From an uncultured delta proteobacterium (GTDB taxonomy: Bacteria; Myxococcota_A; Polyangia; Polyangiales; Houyiibacteriaceae), in the NCBI GenBank assembly GCA_963699755.1, contig CAVOVB010000011.1, positions 7,790-71,789 of the forward strand: a stretch of DNA of 64,000 nucleotides, in the 5' to 3' direction. Numbering within the stretch: position 1 is the first letter of the stretch; the number at the start of each line of letters is the position of its first letter. A program made the translations under genes and the position numbers. The notes beneath the pieces are model-generated. The model was not told where the DNA came from and did not search any database. It worked only from the letters and a program-made list of their open reading frames with translations. This document shows positions 57,165-64,000 of the stretch, in pieces.

Positions 57165-57941
57165 ATGATTTCCCCGATGGAGTCGAGCCGACGGACGCTC
57201 CTAGCACTCTCGATTGCACTTGGCGCGGCGCTTGTGCTGATCGCGTTCTTGCTGGGTCGAGAATCAGTCAGGACGCCGAACCGCGAACCTGCGGTGGCGG
57301 CGTTCTCGCGAACGCCGATCGAGGGATCGGTGCCGGAGCGCCCCGCTGAGGAGGAGCGGCCGTGGCCCAAGTGGGCCGACCTGGCGGACGGGGAGGATTC
57401 CGACGAAGGAACGACCCTGGCGACCGAGGTCGTCGGCGATCGAATCGAGAGAACACCGCAGCAGGATTCCGTTGCGTTTTCCAACCGCGGAAGCCGCCCA
57501 GAGCCCACGCCGATGACAGGCCCGCCGGGCCATTCTCGACTCGAAGACCGGGAAGCCGCGGTGGCCGCCTACTTCCGACAGGTCGACGTCATCCACACCG
57601 AGGAGGGTGCTGGAGATCCCAACGCGTTCGCCATGAGTCTGATCAAGGGTGGACTTGGAGGCGCTACGTCCGGATTCGATCGGCTCATCGCGGACACCAA
57701 GGAGATGGAGCGCGAAATGCAGCGCCTGAGCCCGCCGCCCTCGTGCCAGAGGTATCATGAAGCCAGCCTCGAGGCGCTGGTCGAGAGCCGGCAGTTGCTC
57801 GAAGACATCAAGCAGGCCATCGCCGGCCGCGACATCGACCGACTCAAGGCTATCGCCCTCCGATCAAACGACCTTCGAAGCAAGGTAGAGGCGATCGAGA
57901 GGATGCGAAAACTGCTTCTCTCGGATTCGACCACCTACTGA
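57165..57941 (+). CDS. Hypothetical membrane-anchored protein
   Basis: 258 aa with an N-terminal TM (LLALSIALGAALVLIAFLL), an acidic/Pro-rich linker and a helical C-terminal domain. Third-codon G/C bias matches the real genes here. The minus-strand ORFs across this span are Arg/Ser/Pro-rich shadows. Confidence 0.65.
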   Translation: MISPMESSRRTLLALSIALGAALVLIAFLLGRESVRTPNREPAVAAFSRTPIEGSVPERPAEEERPWPKWADLADGEDSDEGTTLATEVVGDRIERTPQQDSVAFSNRGSRPEPTPMTGPPGHSRLEDREAAVAAYFRQVDVIHTEEGAGDPNAFAMSLIKGGLGGATSGFDRLIADTKEMEREMQRLSPPPSCQRYHEASLEALVESRQLLEDIKQAIAGRDIDRLKAIALRSNDLRSKVEAIERMRKLLLSDSTTY

Positions 57942-57961
57942 ACGTCGGGGTCAACGTTCAG
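57938..57961. terminator. Hairpin between the convergent hypothetical gene and infC
   Basis: Perfect 8-bp inverted repeat CTGAACGT / ACGTTCAG with an 8-nt loop. It includes the TGA stop of the plus-strand gene. No U-tract. Confidence 0.35.
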
Positions 57962-57980
57962 CGGGAGAGTAGCGCGTCCC

Positions 57981-58544
57981 CTATTTGCCGGGTTGGACTT
58001 TGACGCGAGGGGCGATGATGGCGGTCATCGTGCGGCCTTCTAGGCGCGCCGATGTTTCCACGGCGCCCAAGTCGTCCACGGCTTCCACGATGGTATCGAT
58101 CTGACGCTGCGCGGTTTCCGGGTGGGTGATCTCCCGGCCGCGGAAGCGAACGGTGATTTTTACCTTATTGCCCTCTTCGAGGAACCGGCGCACGTGCTTC
58201 GTCTTGAACTCGAGGTCGTGTTCGTCGGTCTTCGGGCGAAGCTTTATCTCTTTGAGCGCGATCTGCGTCTGCCTCTTGCGAGTCTCGGCCTGCTTCTTCT
58301 TTTCTTCATACTTGAACTTTCCGAAGTCCATGATCTTGCAGACAGGCGGGCTGGCCTTCGGGTTCACCTCGACCAAGTCGAGGTCGAGACCACGTGCCAT
58401 CCGACGGGCTTCGTCGGTGTTCAACACGCCCAACATTTCACCCTCGGCTCCGATGACTCGGATCTCGGGCACTCGAATGCGATCGTTGACCCGCGGACCG
58501 AAATCCCGGGGCCGATCGCGTGATCCAAAGCGCGGTCTAGCGAT
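57981..58544 (-). CDS. infC: Translation initiation factor IF-3, probable non-canonical ATC start
   Basis: RVNDRIRVPEIRVIGAEGEMLGV and the rest match IF-3. AAGAGGAG lies 6 nt upstream of ATC 58544. The only upstream ATG (58613) is 77 nt inside thrS and adds non-IF3 sequence. Confidence 0.85.
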   Translation of the reverse strand: MARPRFGSRDRPRDFGPRVNDRIRVPEIRVIGAEGEMLGVLNTDEARRMARGLDLDLVEVNPKASPPVCKIMDFGKFKYEEKKKQAETRKRQTQIALKEIKLRPKTDEHDLEFKTKHVRRFLEEGNKVKITVRFRGREITHPETAQRQIDTIVEAVDDLGAVETSARLEGRTMTAIIAPRVKVQPGK

Positions 58545-60573
58545 GACTATCTCCTCTTGTTGTATTCCTGGTCGAAGGGGGCCTGTTCTCCTGCGCGAGG
58601 CGATCGAAGACATCAGACATCCGGATGAACCCGAGGTCCTTATCCTCGTCTCGTGAACGGAGGGCCAGGCCCTGCCCCTCTACTTCTTTTTGACCAATCA
58701 CACCGAGATACGGAATCCGCATTAGGCGTGCTTGGCGAATCTTTGCGCCCAGCTTGTCGCTGCTCAAATCGGCGGTGACCCGGAAGCCTCGTTCCTCGAG
58801 CTCTTGCTGCACGTTCTCCGCATACTCGTTGAACTTCTCGCTCACCGTCAACAGGGCGATCTGCTCGGGCGCGAGCCAGACTGGAAAAGAGCCGCCCACG
58901 TGCTCGGTGAGGACCCCAAAAAACCGCTCGATCGAGCCCAAAATCGCTCTGTGAAGCATCACCGGTCGATGGCTGCTGTTGTCCTGGCCCACGTAGCTGA
59001 GATCGAAGCGCTCAGGGAGATTGAAGTCTGCCTGAATGGTGCCGAGCTGCCAAGGACGTCCGATCGCGTCCTTGAGATGAAACTCGATTTTCGGCCCGTA
59101 GAACGCGCCCTCCCCTTCGGCGATTTCGTACGGAAGCGCCTTGGCTTTGACGGCCTCCTCGAGCGCTTCCTCGGACCGATCCCAGACCTCGTCGGCGCCG
59201 AGGCGCTTCTCAGGTCGGGTCGCGATCACGATGCGCACCTCTGAGAACCCGAAGTCCCGGTACGCATCATGCACGAGGTCGAGAAAGGCCTTGATCTCGT
59301 CCTGTACCTGGTCGAGCGCGCAGAAGATGTGCGCGTCGTCCTGCGCGAAGGTGCGAACGCGCGTAAGCCCCTGCACCACTCCGCTTCGCTCGAAGCGATG
59401 AAGACGGCCGAAGTCAGCCATGCGCATCGGAAGGTCGCGATAGCTGCGCTTGGTCATCCCGTACACGAGGCAATGACTCGGGCAGTTCATCGGTTTCACT
59501 CCGAAACGCAAAGACTCGTCGAACGCTCGCGTCCAGTCCTCGGAGCTCTTCGGAGGATTCTCCTCGATCTTGGTCTGCAGCTTTTCGAGGTTCTCTGATG
59601 TCGCCGCCATGTACATGTTCTCTGCGTACGACGGCAAATGTCCGGAGGTGTGAAAAAGCTCGTTGTCGAAAATCTGCGGTGTGATCACCTCTTCGTAGCC
59701 ATAGCGCGCATAGAGCGACCGGACGTAGCCTTCGAGGAGGTTGTAAATGGTGGCGCCGCGAGGCAGGAAGAACGGAGACGCCGGCGCGTGGGGATGGAAG
59801 GCGAAGAGCTTCAGCTCCTTGCCGAGCTTTCGATGGTCCCGCTTCTTCGCTTCTTCGAGCTGCTTGAGGTGGGCACGCAGGGCCTTGGGCGACGCGAATG
59901 CCGTCCCGTAGATCCGTTGAAGCATTGGGTTGCGCTCGTCGCCGCGCCAGTACGCACCGGCTACGCTGGTGAGCTTCACCGCTTTCAGAAAACCCGTCGA
60001 AGGAACGTGCGGCCCTTCGCAAAGGTCGACCCAGTCGCCGTGGCGGTACAGTGAAATCGGATCATCGAGACGCTCGAGGTGCTCGAGCTTGAAGCCCTCG
60101 TCGAGCGACTGCAGCAGCCTACGCGCTTCGTCCCGGGTCACGACCTCGCGACGAAATGGGCTGTCCGCTTCGACGATCTCGGCCATCTTCTCTTCGATGG
60201 CCCGCAAGTCCTCTTCGGAGAAAGTGCCATCGGGTTTGGCGTAGTCGTAGTAGAAGCCGTCCTCGGTCGCTGGCCCAAAGGCGACCTTGGTTCCAGGGAA
60301 CAGGCGCTGAACCGCATCGGCCATGACGTGGGCGCTCGAATGCCGGATGATCGGAAGGGCATCGGCGTCGTGGGCGTCAATGGCCTTCACCTCCGACGCA
60401 CCCTCGGGGATGGGGCTGTGCAAATCGTACACTTTGCCGTCCACCCTGGCGGCCACCGTGTCTTTACCTAGCGCGCTGCGCTCCTCGAGCAGCTCGCGCG
60501 CCGTGCGCGCTCTCGCTTCATTCATCATCGGTCCGTGGACCGAAATATGTAGCTGACGCTCAAGATTCGCCAT
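58537..60573 (-). CDS. thrS: Threonine--tRNA ligase
   Basis: Start chosen at ATG 60573 (MANLERQLHISV..., start of the TGS domain). IIRHSSAHVMA editing-domain motif and class II core (FHRFERSGVVQGLTRVRTFAQDDAHIF). Confidence 0.95.
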   Translation of the reverse strand: MANLERQLHISVHGPMMNEARARTARELLEERSALGKDTVAARVDGKVYDLHSPIPEGASEVKAIDAHDADALPIIRHSSAHVMADAVQRLFPGTKVAFGPATEDGFYYDYAKPDGTFSEEDLRAIEEKMAEIVEADSPFRREVVTRDEARRLLQSLDEGFKLEHLERLDDPISLYRHGDWVDLCEGPHVPSTGFLKAVKLTSVAGAYWRGDERNPMLQRIYGTAFASPKALRAHLKQLEEAKKRDHRKLGKELKLFAFHPHAPASPFFLPRGATIYNLLEGYVRSLYARYGYEEVITPQIFDNELFHTSGHLPSYAENMYMAATSENLEKLQTKIEENPPKSSEDWTRAFDESLRFGVKPMNCPSHCLVYGMTKRSYRDLPMRMADFGRLHRFERSGVVQGLTRVRTFAQDDAHIFCALDQVQDEIKAFLDLVHDAYRDFGFSEVRIVIATRPEKRLGADEVWDRSEEALEEAVKAKALPYEIAEGEGAFYGPKIEFHLKDAIGRPWQLGTIQADFNLPERFDLSYVGQDNSSHRPVMLHRAILGSIERFFGVLTEHVGGSFPVWLAPEQIALLTVSEKFNEYAENVQQELEERGFRVTADLSSDKLGAKIRQARLMRIPYLGVIGQKEVEGQGLALRSRDEDKDLGFIRMSDVFDRLAQENRPPSTRNTTRGDSHR

Positions 60574-60676
60574 CTCCGGGTTGATAGGGACGCGGAGCTT
60601 TCTGACACACGGTGGGTCGATTGCAACCCTCACCGGGGGGCGTCCTCAGCGATCGGGACGCCACCGTTCGGGGGGC

Positions 60677-60705
60677 TGCCCTCGACGGACGGTTGCCCTC
60701 GACGG
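60677..60705 (+). promoter_or_regulatory. Tandem 12-nt direct repeat (candidate operator) in the thrS/RHH divergent intergenic region
   Basis: TGCCCTCGACGG occurs at 60677-60688 and again at 60694-60705, 17 nt start to start. Each copy contains the imperfect palindrome CC(C/G)TCGA(C/G)GG. The repeat ends 32 nt before ATG 60738. Confidence 0.35.
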
Positions 60706-60737
60706 TTGGGTCTTGAACGAGCTCGAGGAGCGAGGGG

Positions 60738-61157
60738 ATGACTGACCGACTGCCGAAGAGGCCAAAGTCGCGCATGATCTGGTTCCGCGTCGATGAAGAC
60801 GATTTTCATCGGCTCGACAGCTTGGCTCAACAGACGAGCTGCTCGCGCGCAGAAGTCTTTCGGCGCTGCCTCGTCACCACGCGCGTTGAAAGTACAACTG
60901 ACGCGCACGACCTGCATTTGAGCACTGCGAGGCGAAAATTGTGCGCAGGGCTGAGGTCCGTTCATCCGCCGGAGCGTCGCCAGCACGTCCGGATGTCGCA
61001 GCTGGACGACCATGGCGGGGGCGCGTGCTCCGAAATAGCGGAGTATTGTCGGATGCAAACGGGCGTCGATGAGACGCGTGTCGACGCGTTAGATCCGATC
61101 GCGACGCGTCACGCGCACGCGACCCCAGCTCGCTTCGAGCGTACTCGGCATACGTAA
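60738..61157 (+). CDS. Hypothetical protein with N-terminal ribbon-helix-helix-like (CopG/MobC-like) segment
   Basis: GAGGAG/GAGGGG lies just upstream of ATG 60738. KSRMIWFRVDEDDFHRLDSLAQQTSCSRAEVFRRCLV fits a strand-helix-turn-helix RHH pattern. Third-position G/C bias is moderately gene-like. No other recognisable domain. Confidence 0.4.
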   Translation: MTDRLPKRPKSRMIWFRVDEDDFHRLDSLAQQTSCSRAEVFRRCLVTTRVESTTDAHDLHLSTARRKLCAGLRSVHPPERRQHVRMSQLDDHGGGACSEIAEYCRMQTGVDETRVDALDPIATRHAHATPARFERTRHT

Positions 61158-61327
61158 TTCTTTACCGAGGACTTCGATGCACGCGCGTCTTGTGTGAGCT
61201 CCCGCGCAACTCTTGCGGCGCATGTGCACCGTACTTGCGCGCCGCGCATCGCAAAAGTCGGTCGCCGCCGATGCAAGCGGATTGGCACGCGAGGTGCAGG
61301 AATAGAGACGTAGAAGCGGAGGCTGCA

Positions 61328-64000
61328 ATGAGGGATTCACGATCGTTCTTCGCGGTGCGGGGTTGCGCTTGGACACCGGGACGGGTGCTACGAGGGTTGG
61401 TGGGTGTGTTCGCCTTCGCGCTGCTTTCCGGTATCACCACATGCCACACGTCAGATTGCCCGGCCGTTGACGTCCATGGCAATCCGCTTGGCGTTCCATG
61501 CATCCAATGTTCCGTGCCGGTTACGGTGCCCTGCATGGGGAGCGTCTGGTACCTCCCCGAGGGCGCCACGTGTCTGGACGAACAACGACCCGCGCTCGAG
61601 GACGGTACCGCGTGCGGCTCGGGTGTCGGCGTCTGTATGGCTGGTGTTTGCGAAGTCGACGGCTTCCCATGCACGGAGCAGGGGATTAGGGACGCTATTG
61701 CAGCGGGTGGTGGACCGCACACCTTTGCATGCGTCGGACCGACCACGGTAGCGACCCAGTCGGAGATCTCCATCAACAACGATGTCATTCTCGACGGTCG
61801 GGGCTTGTTGACCGTGGATGGCCAAGACGACCACCGCGTGTTCAAGGTCCTGCACTCGGGTATCACGGCGGAGCTTCGTGACATGACAATCACCCGCGGA
61901 GGCGGAGACGCCGACTATGGCGCAGGGATTTACAACGCAGGCGCGCTCACCCTGACTGACGTGGTCGTGACAGATTGCACCGGAACCGCCCATGGCGGTG
62001 CGCTCTACCAGCATGGGCCATCGATGAACCTCACGCGGGTGACCCTGACAGGGAATAGTGCGTATGCGGGCGGCGCCATCGGGGGTGGTCAGGGTCCGAC
62101 CACGATCACGGACAGCGTGTTGTCGAGCAACACCGCCACCTCGTTGGGGGGTGCCATCTACGTTGGCGGAATCACGACGATGAGCGGCACGACCCTGTCC
62201 GACAACGAGACCCTCTTCGGCGGCGCAATCATCGTGATTCACCAGGGGGAGTTGGCGGTGTACGATTCGGCCATTTCAGGCAACCGAGCCCAATCGGGGG
62301 GCGGCATCTACACCCACGGCACGGTCACGATCGACAACAGCGTCGTGTCGGACAATGAGGTAACCCATGGAGGCGGCGGGATTCGCCAGGACGAGGGGAT
62401 GGTCGCCATCAGCAACTCGACCATCTCCGGCAATACCGCCCAGTTTGGCGCGGGCATCGAGGCCGCGACCGTCTCGCCCAACACGAGCTTGCTGACCACC
62501 CTCAACACGACCGTATCGGGTAACGCGGCAGTCAGCACGGGGGGGGGCGTAGTCGCTTTCGGCACTTCGACGCTTGCGCTCGTGCACAGCACCGTGTTCG
62601 GGAACACCGCTGGAAACGAAGGAAGCGCCGGGTATGGCACGGACACTGTGACGGTCACCTACAAGAACAACATCATCGAAGGGACGTGCGCTGCGGGTAG
62701 TACCACCGGGACCGTCATCTCGTATGGCTACAACATCGAATCGCCTGGCAACACCTGCTTCTTGACGCATCCGACGGACGTCACTGGCGTCACGCTCGGA
62801 AACCTCGGGCTCGGCCCGCTACAGGACAATGGCGGACCCACGCTCACCCATGCACCAGAGTCATCTCAGAGCATCGCCGTGGATTTGGTGCCGGCCGCGG
62901 CATGCACCGACCATGGCGGCGCGGCGCTTGTGCTCGACCAGCGTGGTTCGATTAGACCAGACAACTTGGACTGCGACGCAGGCGCCGTCGAGGGTTACTG
63001 CGAAAACTGCGACGACGGCAATGTGTGCGCGACCGGCGCGTGCGATCCAATCACCCGAACCTGCAGCTACGAGCAGCTCCCCGACTGGACGCCCTGTCCG
63101 TCCGGTACCGGACAATGTGTCGGGGGCGTGTGCTATCTATGCGCCGGCGTGATTTGCCCACCCGATGGCAACGAGTGCACGGACGACGTGTGTGATCCGG
63201 CCACCGGCGACTGCTCTGTGCCCGTTCCGGATGGCACGGCATGCGAGTTGAACAATCACCTTGGGCAGTGCGTTGATGGCGTCTGCGAACTGTGCGCCGA
63301 TGCGTGGTGTCCGCCTGACAGCAACGAGTGCACCGCGGATCTTTGCGATCCAGCGACCGGCGACTGCGTGTATCCACCGGCGCCTGATGGTACTCTGTGC
63401 GACTCAGGCAATGGCGAGTGTGTAGCCGGAGAGTGCGATCTGTGTCCGGGCTTGGTTTGCGAACCAGGCAATCCCGAGTGCCCGTGCGGCTGGACGTACA
63501 AGGGCGTGAGCTACTGGTACGCTGGGCGCTGGGGCCATGCGATGGCGTACGCCGGTCCGGGTGAATGCGTCATGTTTGCCGGTCATTCAGGTGGCAACCT
63601 GCAGGACATCTGGTGGTACAATGTCGAGTCGAATTCCTGGTCTCCGGGCAGTCCTTCGACCGTGCCACCCCATCGGTACAGCCATGACATGGCATACACC
63701 GGTGGAGACAAGGTGCTGATGTTCGGCGGGACGAACACGCAGGGCCCAACCTACGGTGACACTTGGATCTTCGATCTGCTTGCTGGGGATTGGAGCGAGC
63801 AAGCACTCAGCCCGAGCCCAAGCGCGAGACACGGTCACCAAATGGTTTACCTGGGTGATGACAAGGTTCTGCTATTCGGCGGACGGTCTGGTACCACGAA
63901 CCATGCTGATACTTGGGTCTACGATCTGAGTGACGGTGTCTGGACGCTCAAGAGCCCGGCGATGAGTCCGCCCGCGAGGTATCAGCACGCCATGGCTCGC
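61328..64000 (+). CDS. Large secreted protein: signal peptide, Cys-rich N-terminal module, parallel beta-helix (GGAIY/Pmp-type, choice-of-anchor-Q-like), three Cys-rich CDPxTGxC repeats, Kelch-type repeats; 3' end outside the window
   Basis: My own translation from ATG 61328 gives 891 codons with no stop up to nt 64000. It is absent from the ORF track because there is no stop in the window. MRDSRSFF..LVGVFAFALLSGITTC, PCTEQGIRDAIAAGGGPHTFAC, repeated GGAIY/GGGIY..SGN units, LGPLQDNGGPTLTH, CDPATGDC repeats, then W..ARYxH Kelch-like units. Confidence 0.85.
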   Translation, partial: MRDSRSFFAVRGCAWTPGRVLRGLVGVFAFALLSGITTCHTSDCPAVDVHGNPLGVPCIQCSVPVTVPCMGSVWYLPEGATCLDEQRPALEDGTACGSGVGVCMAGVCEVDGFPCTEQGIRDAIAAGGGPHTFACVGPTTVATQSEISINNDVILDGRGLLTVDGQDDHRVFKVLHSGITAELRDMTITRGGGDADYGAGIYNAGALTLTDVVVTDCTGTAHGGALYQHGPSMNLTRVTLTGNSAYAGGAIGGGQGPTTITDSVLSSNTATSLGGAIYVGGITTMSGTTLSDNETLFGGAIIVIHQGELAVYDSAISGNRAQSGGGIYTHGTVTIDNSVVSDNEVTHGGGGIRQDEGMVAISNSTISGNTAQFGAGIEAATVSPNTSLLTTLNTTVSGNAAVSTGGGVVAFGTSTLALVHSTVFGNTAGNEGSAGYGTDTVTVTYKNNIIEGTCAAGSTTGTVISYGYNIESPGNTCFLTHPTDVTGVTLGNLGLGPLQDNGGPTLTHAPESSQSIAVDLVPAAACTDHGGAALVLDQRGSIRPDNLDCDAGAVEGYCENCDDGNVCATGACDPITRTCSYEQLPDWTPCPSGTGQCVGGVCYLCAGVICPPDGNECTDDVCDPATGDCSVPVPDGTACELNNHLGQCVDGVCELCADAWCPPDSNECTADLCDPATGDCVYPPAPDGTLCDSGNGECVAGECDLCPGLVCEPGNPECPCGWTYKGVSYWYAGRWGHAMAYAGPGECVMFAGHSGGNLQDIWWYNVESNSWSPGSPSTVPPHRYSHDMAYTGGDKVLMFGGTNTQGPTYGDTWIFDLLAGDWSEQALSPSPSARHGHQMVYLGDDKVLLFGGRSGTTNHADTWVYDLSDGVWTLKSPAMSPPARYQHAMAR
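63008..63445 (+). repeat. Three tandem ~45-50-aa cysteine-rich modules (protein-level repeat) inside the large secreted protein
   Basis: Module 1 (63008-63142): CDDGNVCATGACDPITRTC...CVGGVCYLC. Module 2 (63143-63295): CPPDGNECTDDVCDPATGDC...CVDGVCELC. Module 3 (63296-63445): CPPDSNECTADLCDPATGDC...CVAGECDLC. Confidence 0.8.

Noticed and set aside
60630-61058. Minus-strand 142-aa ORF, plus 61089..61376(-), in the thrS upstream gap.
   Set aside because: There is no Shine-Dalgarno and no recognisable motif, the ORF partly overlaps the thrS leader, and the plus-strand RHH-like ORF explains the coding bias better.

Overview
GC-rich bacterial chromosomal window with a strong G/C preference at third codon positions. 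Gene content and a CDPxTGxC cysteine-rich repeat protein suggest a Myxococcota-like lineage, but that is inference only. Most of the window is tightly packed core housekeeping genes. These are lepA (partial), miaB, tamA-tamB, glmM, a tilS-ftsH-folP-cdaA-cdaR operon, recJ, yajC-secD-secF, ilvE, dnaG-rpoD, nadC-birA-ygfZ plus an IscA/ErpA-type gene, surE-apt, thrS-infC, and rpmI-rplT-pheS-pheT-ihfA-merR. There are three tRNAs (Met-CAU, Arg-CCU, Pro-GGG). I saw no rRNA, CRISPR array, transposase, integrase or prophage genes.

The less ordinary loci are:
- An 891-codon ORF (61328 to the window end) that is absent from the supplied ORF track because it has no stop in the window. It encodes a secreted beta-helix / Cys-rich-repeat / Kelch protein.
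- A sigma-32-like sigma factor followed by a 1690-aa TPR protein whose C-terminal domain looks like a degenerate M48-type zincin.
- A small ribbon-helix-helix-like ORF divergent from thrS, with a tandem 12-nt repeat directly upstream of it.
- A CHAD-domain gene whose conserved N-terminus lies upstream of any canonical start codon.
- infC, which apparently starts at ATC and overlaps the thrS stop.
- A break of the usual infC-rpmI-rplT linkage by an opposite-strand gene.
- A lipobox-bearing TamA.
- A Tat/lipobox HiPIP next to a DipZ-type reductant transporter.
- An orphan MlaF-type ATPase overlapping a beta-CASP MBL gene.
- A LemA-TPM-TPM module.

I did not find convincing evidence for a complete, clearly new multi-gene system. 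The items above are leads that need database and structure searches I cannot run here.
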